Positions 39,186-52,054 of a stretch of DNA of 64,000 nucleotides are shown piece by piece (positions within the stretch are counted from its first letter, which is position 1; each line of letters starts with the position of its first letter). The DNA comes from Acanthaster planci (lineage: Eukaryota). The notes under the pieces are model-generated. The model was not told the origin of the DNA. It did not search any database and was given only the letters and a program-made list of their open reading frames with translations. The translations under genes were made by a program, and so were the position numbers. The DNA is taken from the NCBI RefSeq assembly GCF_001949145.1, contig NW_019091357.1, positions 2,152,114-2,216,113 of the forward strand, read 5' to 3'.

Positions 39186-40096
39186 CCTTTTATCTTGAAT
39201 TCATTGTAGTACTGGGAGCGTCTCATACACATTGGATTTTGTCATGATGCAATATGGAATGCACATGTACATGTACATGTATGTACATGTACATGTATGT
39301 AGGATGTGCAGAGGGCGAGAGAGATTTTGAACCATAGCCTACACTGTGTACTTGTATATATGTCGTATTGTGCGTAAGGGATGTGTGATCTTAAAAGTCA
39401 TTACGTGTACATTGTACATGTATTTCACAGGTGCATTCATGGACAGTCCCAAGCCCCTGCTGGTGCACATTATCACGAGCCTTTTGCAAGTTAAATTTGA
39501 ATGAAATCTGGGTACACTGAGTTCTTCAAATTCACATGAACATACCAATTTGAATTCTTCATACTGAGAACACTGTTGCTATACCTTGTGATTCAGGGCA
39601 AGCTTTTGCTTAAATACATAAGAGACGCCTTGCACCAATACACTGTTTTCAGTGGATAAGAAGGGCACAAAGGAACCAGTCCATTCCAGAAATGGTTGTT
39701 GCTGTGCAAAAGCTTGCTTTGAATTCGGAGGTATAGCAACAATGTCTTTAGTCTGGAGAATTCAAATTTTATGTTTATGTGCAATCAGATAACTCAGTGT
39801 GCCAGATTTTCATTCAAATTTAACTCTCAAAAGGCTTATTATGTAGTTCATGAGGAAGCTTCTTAAATCCATTGTGTCTTGTACTGTACATACATGTACA
39901 TTCAGGCCTACATGTATGTATCGTTAGGGCATAAATACAAGTTGTTCTGTCCTTCATTCTTTCCAATTTCTGTGAAATTAAGATTTTTCTGTACATTACA
40001 AAATTCCAAAATGAAATTTCCAAAAACGATTTTGTCACTTATCATGCATCGGTTTGTTACTGAAAATTGCTACATGTATACATGTATTATTATTAT

Positions 40097-40173
40097 TTAA
40101 CCCTAACCCTCACAGGGTGTACATCTATGTAAAATCATTCTGAAATCAGAGGATTTTGGACCGTTAGGGTTGA
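40097..40173. mobile_element. Very short piggyBac-like derivative related to family B ends
   Basis: TTAA-CCCTAAC ... GTTAGGG-TTGA. Confidence 0.45.
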
Positions 40174-40876
40174 ACCAACAGCTCACTGTGCAGAATCATA
40201 CTGCCTGCTCGTGTATGGGTACATATACGGATATGTTTCAGTGGAAAAGACCTTTGTTAGCCAGAGCCATGCCATGGGAATGACTTCATAGCTTTAGCCT
40301 TTACCGCTTGCCTTCCCAATAAACGCCTACACAATGAGAATGTAATTTGATTATTAGGGGGCTTCCCAGTTGAGTCATCTCCCTGTTGGCTAGGCTGTAG
40401 AAAAAAAGAGAAGAAACGCAGGAAAAAATTCTACTGTACATGTACATGTCCTTGCTGTCGTTTACAATATGCCATTGGGTTGGGGTCATCACTAAGTGGT
40501 TGTGTTGGTCAGCAAATGGTAATATGGTGAAGTCTGGGGTAATAGGAGGGGGTTAATGGAAATGTACTGTACGTATGTCAATGAATACTCGTCTTTCTCG
40601 TCTATCAATATGTGAAGCTGGCAACGTCCATTCTTTCAAAGAGAAGGCAAATAACTTCCTTCTTTCTTTGGATCATGATTTACATACGTGTGTATGTCGT
40701 GACTTGTTTTTCTTTTCTATGTGTTTTTTAACTTGGTGCTTCAGATTTGTACGGGTTGCTGGATGGCAACTTATAGCTTTTATGCTTTTCTCACTCTGCC
40801 TGTTTCATCTTTTTGTAATAATAAAAATTACATGTACATTTACTGTTTGTGTGTCTGAAAGATGCTGGATATCAGT

Positions 40877-40990
40877 GTGAAATGTGTTTGTGGGTGGTGC
40901 GTGGATGGTAGGGGTGTAGGCTGTGAGATGTGTTTGTGGGCGGTGCGTGGATGGTAGGGGTGTAGGCTGTGAGATGTGTTTGTGGGCGGT
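40877..40990. repeat. 46-bp GT-rich minisatellite, ~2.5 copies
   Basis: GTGAGATGTGTTTGTGGGCGGTGCGTGGATGGTAGGGGTGTAGGCT repeated. Confidence 0.95.
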
Positions 40991-41009
40991 AAGTGGTTGG
41001 TACACGTAG

Positions 41010-41540
41010 GGGTGTACATGTACATGTAGGCTCAACTCCCTCTACACATGTGGAAGTACATGTACACATGCACATCGAGTACATGTACATGTATGAATCA
41101 CACAATGCAAAGAATAAAAATCAGATTTCACAGTTCATGTACATGTAGCTCCATATAGCATGTACATACATGTACATGTACATGTATGGCACATGTACCG
41201 TCTGCAGCTTCATGCCAATTGTACTGTATGGTACACATGTACATTTTACATGTACATGTACAGTGTAGGCCTACATGCAGGCCTACATGTCATGTTTGTG
41301 TGTGCGGTAAACATGTTGTGATCAGTATGTACGGTACAGCATGCACATGTACATGTATACTACCAGTGCTTGTACATGTACATGTTGTAGCATACCATAC
41401 ACATTTATATGGTACATGTACATGTATATACGTACATGTACATTCATGTACAAGGACAAGGTACATGTAACTTGATTTATGCGCTGGCAGTGCATCCTAT
41501 AGTTACTATATTACAGCTGCATGTAAGTACATGTATCTTC
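41010..41540. repeat. Dense (TACATG)n low-complexity array; similar clusters at ~19400-19900, 21190-21410, 23260-23350, 25080-25600, 39260-39300, 42450-42910, 43560-43735
   Basis: Many tandem and dispersed TACATGTA palindromes. Confidence 0.9.
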
Positions 41541-44357
41541 AACAGCCTCCTTCATTGCTGTTGAAAATTATTATTATCAATTTTTTGAAACCAAGGATGA
41601 AGGATATCTCAAAAGCATGTATAATGTAGCTCAGAGGGCTGATGAAAATTGGAAGAGAAGGATGAAGTTTCAGACGCTGGTGGGAAAATCTCAGTGAAAT
41701 TGTAACACAGTAACTACAGTAACAGTTCAGGACTGCTGACGACCCAATCCACTTGTCAGCTTCATGAGACATTAGAGCCCAGATCACAGAGATTGGAAGG
41801 CAAGAAAAACAGGGCTGTGCCTCCCTGGGAATCCAGGACATCCCTTCCCAGACACCTGCACAAGTCATCTCACATAAATATCAAAACATACATGTACAGT
41901 ATGTGCAGCGGTGAACAAACATAAAAAGCGAAATAAATGTTGGTGCACCAATGAAGTCAAAACTCCGTGCAGTCCCGTGATATATGGAATCCAGGAATTC
42001 CAACTTGGCATGCACTTGTGACAGTTGATGTACTGTACATTACACAAAATAATTTGATCTGGCAAGTGTGCTATTTGCTTTCCTCCCTTCCCTTGTCTCC
42101 ACTTTACAGTCATTGTTTGCCTATCCAATGACACAGTCCCACAGACATGTCCTTGCCCCCTGGCATTGGACAGTTTACATTGTAGAAGTCTGCAGATCAG
42201 CCAGATTTAAAGATGCTCTTTGGTGACAAGCTCCTGTACAGCGTTGCCATTTCCAGACTATCGTCTGACATGGCAGTGCACTGCACAGGTGCATGTGCAT
42301 GTCGTTGTGTAGATTTTGGTAGCTTATGTAGCAAAAGGAATGATGAGAATTATTCTTGTAATAAATTGTGCAATTAACTAAACAAAAATTTCTTGTGAAT
42401 CAGCCAAAATGCACTGAAATTTTACCCCTCTGTTGCATAATGCACGGGTATGTCCATGTACATGTACATGTACTGTGGTGCTTCAAACAAGCCTCAGTTT
42501 GGACTCTCTACTTCTGCTTACATGTACCTACCTACATGTACATCTTACCCACCTGTAATTTTCCACTCAAGGTGTACCCATTTCCAAGATCTAGCAGTGT
42601 GTTTGAGTATGTGCATTCATGTACATGTACCTGTATCATTTCAAAGCAGCTTATTAATATAGGGACATGTGTACATGTACATGTACTGTACATATATGGA
42701 CACTATACAGTATGGCCATTTTGTACATTTTACGTGTACACATACTCATGAACGTTGCCTACTTATGATGTGACTGCAAATGTATACTTGTCTGACTGGG
42801 TAGCCCACATTTTTTATGATATGAATTGTACACGTGAGGTACATCATGTACAGTATGTATGACTGTACTGTACATGTGACTTCTTTGTACAGAACTTCAT
42901 GTACAGAGTCCATGTAGTGTGTTATGGACATGACCAAGGCAGTTTTCCAAACCTCAGTCCATTTACCAGTATTTCACGAATTTAAATGTTGCTAGAGTTA
43001 TGATCCTTAATGAATGGACTTAAGGCTGCTCCATTGTCAGCTGTGCTGTTTTCAAGTGTGGGCCCAGGTTTGGTGTTAATCATTTGTTTCAAAGAGTGGG
43101 CCTTTGAAAGCGATTCCAGGATCTGAGACGAAGATGACATTTAAGGGGGGAGGGAAAAAACTGGCCTGAATTTGGTTATCACAGTTTATTGCTCACTGAT
43201 TACTTGATATGAGTATCACCCACAGTTCTTGCATCAGCGTCTTAGCCCATGCCCCTAGCCTTCATTAATAACATCAGGCACGCGGTGACTCAGCCTTTGC
43301 ACGCAGACACAAGAAGCACGTTGGAATAATCTCCAAGACGGCTCCACACACACACAGTGTGACGTGACCGTTCATAATTTAGCATCATCGCTCTCTGATT
43401 ACAGTACAATCTCTAACCAGATTATGCGCGCTGCCGTACTTGGAATTTCGCTCGAAAAATATATGTATTAAAAAAAACAAAACTGCCGCTGCTTGCATCT
43501 ATCGCTGCATGGTTTGTGCATGTAGGGTCGTCTGTTATTGATTCTGATTTCCGACAGGTATATGTACATGTACCTACATGTACATGCGCCTACTCTGGCA
43601 GAATCTAACGGGAATTTGTATTGAAAACTAGGTTATGTACACACATGCATATGGTATGGTTTCTACATGTACCTTATCGTGATCTGCAGGGCTGCTAGAA
43701 TAACTTCATTATGCAGATGTACATGTACATGTATGCTTTACTGCCTTTTACATCTTCGCACACTTGCAGTTGTACGTTTGAATAGACCTCGAATGAAGCG
43801 TGGTTTCTGTCGAGTTTCAAGCCCAGTTTGCCTTGTTGGGGCATTCTGTTGGACACTTCCTTAATCCTCACTGAAATCCTGCAGCTGGGCTTCAAAAGAG
43901 TTTGGAGTTTCTACCGCACCACACAGTGTTGATCTGTACTATTCTGTGTGTATGAACCAGTACATGTACCGTACTTGTATTTATGGCACAATACGTTGAC
44001 TGCTCTCGTACCTCCCTAAATATTATTGCACATGACCTGGGTAGTTGGGTACCATTTCTCATCTAGTTGATTCAGATTTCGTAAACTGCAGATTGAATTA
44101 CATGCTGAAATCTTCAGGACTCTTTTTTCCTATGAATTCAGACGATTGGTTTTTATTTTCATGAGTTATTGATGATGGGACGTGCAAAATTCTATTTTGA
44201 AGGAACCTGCTAACTCACAACTCAGGGATGAAGATATTAAGAGTTCTGAAGAGGGAAGCCTAAAGTTGCCTTGGCTGCATTGCAGTGCATTTGATCTTGT
44301 GTTGTGTGGTCTTTCTGCAGGTGGAATTTTGTCTCGTCAACCCATTTTTTTTTCAAG

Positions 44358-44490
44358 ATGGCCAACATCAGCGTAGTGAACGTTATGAGTACGAACCAAA
44401 CGACAGACAACCTCAGCCGAGCTGATATGCTACAGTGGGTCAACAACTCCCTCTCTCTCCACTATACAAAAATTGAAGAAATGTGTTCAG
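44358..44490 (+). CDS. MAPRE: MAPRE/EB1 first coding exon, calponin-homology domain start (MANISVVNV...[12 protein letters not shown]...KIEEMCS)
   Basis: aagATGG start, donor G|gtaaag phase 1; matches EB1 NLSRHDMLxWIN...KIEQLCSG. Confidence 0.96.
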
Positions 44491-45444
44491 GTAAAGAACA
44501 AATGTAATGTCTACATGCAGGGGTTTTTTTTTGGAGGGGGGGGCCTCTCAACTAATCCGAGGACACGTCATTGCGGTGGAATCAGACTCACGTGTGTGCT
44601 CTTAGAATTGAGGCATGGCAAGTCATATTAGCCAGAGGAAGAGGCATTATATGCACTGTGCACGTGCCACCTGAGTGCAAGTGTGATGCCACCTGCTGCG
44701 CTGTAACAACTTCCATTCTAGTCACTGATTTCATGCGAGATGCTACTTGCCCTTTCACCCTTGGAAGAATTTGCAATCAAGCCACAAAATTCAAACTTCT
44801 TGCAAGTGAGCAGGTATGGTGCTTTGGCGTGGTAATGGGATTCGTTGGGATGCAGTAGGATGCCGGAGGAAACCTCAATGACTTTTCACCCCATTTCGAC
44901 GGGCAGTTTTGGTGAGGGAAAATTCCTGACCCCTCGACAGTCCCTTTACTGCACTAGAATCCAGTGGATTATTCTTTTGGACTTGAAAACTTTTAAGCCA
45001 GACTCAGCTCCATATGAAGTGGCTTTAATATCCCCCAAACCTGTCTACATTATATGCAGTGAGTTTTAATGAATTGGAAAGTTAAAAAATGAGGAGCCCG
45101 CCGAAAAGAACCAAAAAAAAAAACAAGGAAGGCTGTGAATCTGGCAATTTGTTTGTAACATTGCTTCATATGTTGTATTTTGATTTTTGAGCTACCTTTA
45201 CACAAACGGTGACTGCATGTATGTTTCTATTGATTGATTGTAGAGGCTCCCAATAGAAGCTTTTCATGGTAGCCATCTTGTAGGGCACTTCTTTTGTTTC
45301 ACAGGGAAACCTCCTTTGTGCATACCCAGTGGAACTAAAACAATGGCCTGCAAGATGGCAGCCATGCAAACCCTCTATTGGTGTCTGCTCACTTATTTTT
45401 GTCCATGTTTGATGCGGTGATTGATTGGTTGTACATTTTGACAG

Positions 45445-45593
45445 GTGCTGCCTATGCTCAGTTTCTCGACTTGCTCTTCCCAGGGGCAAACATCAACTTG
45501 AAAAAGATCAAATTCAACTCGAAGCTAGAGCATGAATACATCACAAACTGGAAGTACGTTCAGAGCATCTTCAAAAAAGCCGGCATTGATAAA
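45445..45593 (+). CDS. MAPRE: MAPRE exon, CH domain ([14 protein letters not shown]...[11 protein letters not shown]...GIDK)
   Basis: 149 nt, phase 1 to 0, acag|...|gtaagt; EB1 signature. Confidence 0.97.
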
Positions 45594-45719
45594 GTAAGTT
45601 GTATCTGTTTAAAATGAAAAGAAAACAAAAACAACATGATTTTTTTTTTAAAGTCAAAAACAAAAGAACTCCTTCAAACCCTAACCAAACCCTAATCTTG
45701 AAATCTCTCCTCTCCAAAG

Positions 45720-45915
45720 GTAATACCCATAGACAAACTGATCAAGGGCAAATTCCAGGATAACTTTGAGTTCATCCAGTGGTTCAAGAAGTTCTTTGAT
45801 GCCAACTATGAGGGACGGGAATACGACCCTATTGCTGCAAGGGCAGGACAGGGCGTCAAAGCAGGCACGGGGGCAGCGCCCGTCAGGAAGGCTCCTCCAT
45901 CGCAAAGACCTGCAC
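45720..45915 (+). CDS. MAPRE: MAPRE exon, CH domain end and linker ([30 protein letters not shown]...)
   Basis: 196 nt, phase 0 to 1; [21 protein letters not shown] is near-invariant in EB proteins. Confidence 0.97.
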
Positions 45916-46654
45916 GTAAGTGGCCAGACAAGAGTCGTGCGATAAACCCTGACCGCCAAGTGTTTTTTTTGTGCCAGCATTTAAAATTTAGGGTACTAAA
46001 TTTGCCTCGAATAGACCAGTTGCGCCCGCTAAGTTACAGAGACCTGCGTTCCAACATGCATCCACAAAGCCTTATAAATGTGTTTGTCATGAATAACTTA
46101 CACATGTACTTGGTGCCCAGAAGACGCCAGCACATGTTTCCATCTAACACCCTCTTATCCCTTTGAAATCCGCTCACACTGATCCATGTTGTGTTTTGGG
46201 GTAAGCTTGAGGCTTTTGGATCCAGCTGTAGCAAAAGGAGGGGGGGTAGACGTCATGTTATACTGGTAATTTTGTTCAAGTACCTGCCATTGTCTAGCAT
46301 ACGCTTTCAGTGTTGGGTTGGGTGCATTTTGGAAGGTTCCATAGTGAAAGTGATGTTTGGAGCAAGGCTGTCTGGCAGTTTGTTCTTTGAGGGGTATCAG
46401 TTGATGTGGTTTGCCAAGTGAGGTCTCATTTTGCTGATAGTTTGTATCTAAACATCTTTGAAAAAGCCATTTGCGAGATTCTGAAAGTAAAAGTTTGCCT
46501 TTGAGAGTTTGTTCGCTTTTCAAAGACTTCGTTTACCGTCAAGGTCTTTTATTATATTTGTCATAACGCAACCCTGCTGTTGTATTCTGTGAATGTGTAA
46601 TAACTGTAAGTCTGCGTTGAACTGAATGTCTTGAATGTGTCTGTGTTGATTTAG

Positions 46655-46699
46655 TACCCGAGCCAAGAGTTTCGCCTAAAAAGCCGGTTGTTGCCGTAG
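46655..46699 (+). CDS. MAPRE: MAPRE 45-nt linker exon (L)PEPRVSPKKPVVAV, likely cassette
   Basis: gatttag|45 nt|gtaacg, phase 1 to 1, linker-like composition. Confidence 0.65.
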   Translation, partial: YPSQEFRLKSRLLP

Positions 46700-46865
46700 G
46701 TAACGCAATCAGAATTTCAGAACAACAGTTCTGATGTCTCACTTTTTGGCCCTTTGCACTTTTTATTTTGATGCGATGGTGAAGATTCACTAACAAGATG
46801 TCGTTGTTGTCTTAATGCTAACCTTGCGACTCGTAGAAGGGGAATTTCGTAAGTAGAATCATTAA

Positions 46866-47129
46866 TATTTCCAAATAGGTCACTTGGGAGACATTTTGTG
46901 GTAAATTTTTCAACATTAGGGAGACATCGGTCTAATGCTCCAACTACCAAAAGGCGGAAAATTTTTATTGTCCACATTTTGAGAGATGATAGATTAGGGT
47001 CTGAAAGGAAAACATGCAAAGTTTGGTTAAGATTGGATTAGGGAATATTGAATTATGGGACGGTAAAGTTTGAAAAATTTTGTGCATGTTGCTATGGCAA
47101 TGTCTCCCAAGTGACCCATTTTCGGTAAT
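46866..47129. mobile_element. MITE-like element with perfect 18-bp inverted core
   Basis: GGTCACTTGGGAGACATT (46878-46895) / AATGTCTCCCAAGTGACC (47099-47116). Confidence 0.75.
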
Positions 47130-47982
47130 AATAATTATGGTTATTATTTGCATTGTGGCGATGGTTGTTAACAACTACAAGTACATATACATGTATGGTA
47201 ACCATGTTGCTCTCATGGGAAGGCACACATGCATACACATACAAAATGTCATGTCAGTACTTCCGAGGTCGGAAATACTTCCTTATATGGACGCCGCTTG
47301 ACACCTTGTGCCCAAACCCTTAGGGACTTGGCCTGAAAAATTTGAAGTGTTGTTTTTTTTACGTGAATACCTCAATATTTTGCCCGCTAAATTTGACTTT
47401 TTAGGTCATGAAATTGCTTTCAGATGGCTACTAGGTGACTGTAGGAAAAAAGTAGTGGCGTTTGTGTATGGAATTCTTTCCTTGAGGTCGGTTAAGACTT
47501 AGCCCACAATTACAAAGAAGGTTTCTTGTATCCACCGGGGCGCTGTCAGGCAAACCATCAATGTGACCTCAGCAAGCTGAGTGTATAGGTCTATGTGCTA
47601 ACAAATGGAAGGATCGCTTTCAAGAAGTTCTGCCAATGACCTCCAGTGTTCCTGGGCGAAGACATACATTGTAACATGACGGGGGTAACTTTACAGCATC
47701 AGCCTATGGACATGACCCTAGCCGTGCTTCACGAAATCTACATCTTTGTAATTAGCATAACAACCTGAAGTTGAGGCCAGTGACTTGTTGCAGCTCAGGG
47801 AATTAATTATGCTCCAGTGTGGATGTACATGTGTCACTCTTGTCAATTTCTGTTAAGATTACCATTTCTGTGTATATCTGTGCCCAACCCCCCCCCCACC
47901 CCGGTATACCACACACAGTCATGTTTGACCACGCCACAGAGGAGGCATTGTGTTTACTGTTGTTCCTGTAACACTTCCCCCA

Positions 47983-48497
47983 TAGGCTTGGACGGTATTG
48001 CATTTTTAAAAAATACTTTTCGTAAAAAGCAACTTTGATATTCACTAATACTGCCGTATTCTCTGAAGTGAGATATTAAGTGCGTGTCATCGAAAAGCAA
48101 CAGCGATAAGCAGCAACATTCACTTGGAATGCTGACAACTACCGCTGACTTCCAGTCGGACTCTAACAGCTTCATGTACGCCAAAAACACAAATACAATG
48201 ACGGGGGAGGGGAGGGGAGGGGACAATGAAACTTCAAAGGCTTTTGGCTGCTGGGTTGGCCGGTGGTTCACGTTTCATGTTTCCAAGTCCCAGTCACAAT
48301 GCAGATATGACGCTAGATGAAATCTACCACCAAAACAATTGAGTGAAATACGACAATGCGGTGGTTTTTCCTTTCTTTTCAAAGCACATTAGCAAGAATA
48401 CCATGATATCAAAATTCCATTACAGATCACCAGTTGGTAGTTTTCAGTGTTGAAAAAAGGCCACTATTCGGTAATACCGAAATATCGTTCAAGCCTA
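47983..48497. mobile_element. hAT-type MITE with 8-bp target duplication
   Basis: TIR TAGGCTTGGACGGTATT / AATATCGTTCAAGCCTA; flanks CTTCCCCCA and CTTCCCCA (one-base homopolymer difference). Confidence 0.85.
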
Positions 48498-49105
48498 CTT
48501 CCCCATAGACAAGGCAGGGACACTAACCAGACAGGAAAATGCCCCAGGGAGATTTTGTGAGGTCCCCTCATGTTTGTATAACCCCCTTCCCCACCCTTTC
48601 ATCCACCCATCACTTGCCAATTATTGTAACCACAACCCTTGTTCATCAGTGGGCTAATTTGCTAAATGTACCATAGGTCTTTGATCAGTTAATAATTTCC
48701 TTTTTGGTTACAGTTTCAATTAATCAAAGAGCCAATTTTTTATTCAAGGGGCTAATTTTCATCTACCTGTCAAGTTTTATCAACAGTTCTCTGCTGAGAC
48801 TGTTATAAAGAAATATTGTTACTCTGGTGTGTCCTTACAATGCATGCCATCCTCTACAAATCATTCCTTGTGTTCATCATACATTTTTTTTATCAAGTTT
48901 CTTTCCTGAAATTTGTCAGAAGCCGTCGCCCATTCCCTAGCACCTTGTTAGAGGGAAGCCTTCATTTTCACAGTGTGGGTTCTGATCAATCAAATTGACA
49001 AAACGTAACTGGATGAATGGACGCAGTGATTGATCAGTAGAACGGCAGCCGCAAGCCAAATCGTTAATGCCCTGCTGCTCTTTTGTTTTGCCCTCATGCC
49101 ATCAG

Positions 49106-49221
49106 AGCCTAGGGCGGCGCGGCCTGCAGCCCAGAGGGTGGGCCCGGCTGGCGGAGGGGCAATGAGAAACAACAACCAGGAGGCCAGGGAGAACGTGGAA
49201 GTCGCTGAGCTTAAACTGAAG
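49106..49221 (+). CDS. MAPRE: MAPRE exon, linker and coiled-coil start (PRAARPAAQRVG...EVAELKLK)
   Basis: 116 nt, phase 1 to 0, atcag|...|gtcaga. Confidence 0.88.
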
Positions 49222-50330
49222 GTCAGAAATGAGAAATACATGTACCTCAGTCTTATAGACCCCCCCCAGGGCTCCGTTTCCTTCCTGTCTTGAAGACAGA
49301 ATGACTGATGTATCAGTTACTCGCATTAGTTCATCCAGGTTGGTTGGTTTGGTTTATTTCCATTCATCTCAGTAAAGACAGTAAAGAGATGTTTCAATAC
49401 AATACAAGTCGTGAATGGTGGAGGCTGGCAGAAAGCACCTGCCTGTCTTTGGCCATGCCCCCCCCAATGTATTTTTTTAAGTCCTGTGAAAAAAATTTGT
49501 ATTTTTCAAGAATGTGTAATTTAGAATTTGAGATGCAGCTATTTTCACGCCGTTTCTTTTTCCACAACTGCATTTCTGCATGTTGTGCCATTTCAGATAG
49601 GTTTGTATGAAAACAGTTTTGATTTTTTTTATTCAAGTTGAAAGTACTTAAAAAGGTGCATCTTGTACTCCGACCGTTTTGAAAAAGATCAGTGCCGTAA
49701 TTTGTGAGCCCCCCATTTCCTTGCCTTTCCAAATCCAGGCTTGGAGTTTCTAACGATAGTGAAAAGATACAGATTCATATAAAGCTGATCATGAGTTCAT
49801 TATGATTCATGGGCTGTAGTCACCTTTGTTATGTTCCTCAGGTGCATAATAGTCATAGACGGTCAATTGGATCAGTTAGTTTGACAGTAGAACCCCCTGC
49901 CTGTCAAGGTTGGTTGCAATCACTGGTCATCAGCAGCTTGTCACATTATTAGGCACAGCGGGGAACCAGGACATCCAAGGATATGATGGCATTTGATCAT
50001 AATTGTCCTAGGGACATGGGCACTTGATGGAACTCTATCAAGTGACAACCATCTGGCTTTTCTACCATTCAAAACATTGCAACCAACCAAGGCTGGAAAG
50101 GAAAATAATCAGTTCCCTTTTATTAATATGTGAACTTGTACTGCCGTGGCCAGTGGGTCTACAGGGAACAAGACAGACCATGGCAATAACATCACCTCAC
50201 AATAAACCTCTATTATCAGAGGTGTGAGGTACAGCATGTTGCCAACAAGTGATCTGTGTCACTAACAGGTTGTGCCAGTCAATTAACGTAGTTTGTTTTT
50301 TTTCTGTCCGTTTTGATGTCTTCCTGCCAG

Positions 50331-50483
50331 GTTAACGAGACAGAGATTGCGATAGCCAGCCTAGAAAAGGAGAGGGATTTCTACTTTGAGAAGTTGAGGA
50401 ACATCGAGGTTATATGCCAAGAGCCTGACAGTGAGGAAATACCCTGCGTTAAAAGAATACTGGAAATCCTCTACGCGACTGAG
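50331..50483 (+). CDS. MAPRE: MAPRE exon, EBH domain (LEKERDFYFEKLRNIEVICQE...ILEILYATE)
   Basis: 153 nt, phase 0 to 0; EB1 C-terminal signature. Confidence 0.97.
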
Positions 50484-50927
50484 GTAGGGCAAACTCACGC
50501 CAGTGCTGTGGTTGAAAACCCTTTAAGGCCAGCATCGCAAGACCATCACAGGACCTACACAAACTCTCCAGTCTGAATTCAAGAGACAAGGATTCCGTTG
50601 TCATTGTTCACCCTGTTAACGGACCTTCCCCATGAAATATGCAAAATGAGACGGGTGCGTGGGCGCTTCTACCACTGGTTGGCAAGCGCGGCCGTCAACG
50701 CTGTTGGCAGTATGGGAGAGCTGCTGTCACCATAACCTGGCATGTTGAAGGCCAATCAAAATCGTATGACAGCCGCTGTCCAATACTTAAGCATGTTTTT
50801 CTTGAAAGTAAGTGAAGTTTTCTGTGTCTTTAGGTTGGAAAGTAACAATTCCTTGTCTTTAAGTTTGGCACTCGTGGTACAGAAATGGCTGCGCGTACAT
50901 GGAGATTTGTATTGGTATGTCATAGAT

Positions 50928-51142
50928 TTAACCCCTTCGCTACAGAGGACTGCTACTACAGCACCTTTGTGTGAGGATTAGTGCATACCACACATACNNN
51001 NNNNNNNNNNNNNNNNNNNNNNNNNNNNNNNNNNNNNNNNNNNNNNNNNNNNNNNNNNNNNNNNNNNNNNNNNNNNNNNNNNNNNNNNNNTACTACAGCC
51101 CAGCAGTCAGGGGTCAAAATAATCCCGCCGTGAAGGGGTTAA
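50928..51142. mobile_element. piggyBac-like MITE family A copy 2 (inverted), interrupted by assembly gap 50998-51090
   Basis: Both gap flanks are the reverse complement of 9439-9628; TTAA on both ends. Confidence 0.85.
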
Positions 51143-52054
51143 GCAACTATGCCCAACCAGTGGAAGTAATGCTCGCATGTGCCTGCCTTATTTGCATATT
51201 TCATGGAAGAGGTGCATTTTGACTGGTCTTTGTGACAGATCTTGTGTCTGGTCTTGCGACTGGTCTTTTGACGGTCTCGACTGCAGCACTGACTCCCACC
51301 CAAGTCATTTGGTCGGTCTTCTGTCTCTCCTCTTTCTTCCATTGTCTCATTTTCCTGCTGAATTTCTTCCTCATGCTCCTGGCAGAGCCGCTGTTTCTGT
51401 TTCTTTCGATGAGCCTTAAAAAAAGTGCAAAGAATATGCCCTCGGTTTCCTGCACAGTGGAGGATTTCGTAGGGTTTCTAGAAACTTTCTGGCCCAAAAT
51501 GCAAACAAAGGAGAATTAGATTCAGTAAGGCCTTCGGGACTTTTTTCTGTGACTGTGTCTTTGAATCGTTCACTGTCCGTGAGAAAGAAGCGAGTGGTGC
51601 TTGTCTTTGAACTTGTCAGCAATCGGGACACGAAGATGCCTCGGTCGTTAAGTCTTTAATCCGTTGACAGACCAGTGTACAAAACTCGGTTGTGAGATTT
51701 GGACAGATCTTGGGCAGTTTAAGTAAAAGACAGGCTCATTTTGCACAATGACTGGCACTCACCTGAAGTTGGCAATGTTTGTCAGTTTTTGCCTCACAGT
51801 TTTTATGCAGTAGGCCAAATGCTGAAATAATTCAGCCATCAAGCTGCCTAACTTTGACTGAATCTTGAGCGTGCCTAAACCTGTGTGACACCGTTGCATG
51901 TCCAGGGATTTGGTCAAAGAATTTGCTCACCTTCAAGACTGGCCATCCGTCTTCCCTTTACCATCTCGCGCTCACTTTCTCTGACCCGTTCTCTTTTCTT
52001 CCGCTGCATCTTCCCGCTGCTCTCTCCGTGCCGTTCGGTCGGCTGTCTGGCCAG

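Noticed and set aside
43420..43557. Possible alternative non-coding MAPRE exon ending CAG|gtatat
   Set aside because: Only a donor-like site and mild CpG enrichment; insufficient support.
46013..46050. Peptide [12 protein letters not shown] resembling the MAPRE linker
   Set aside because: The available AG acceptor gives the wrong frame and no convincing donor follows.
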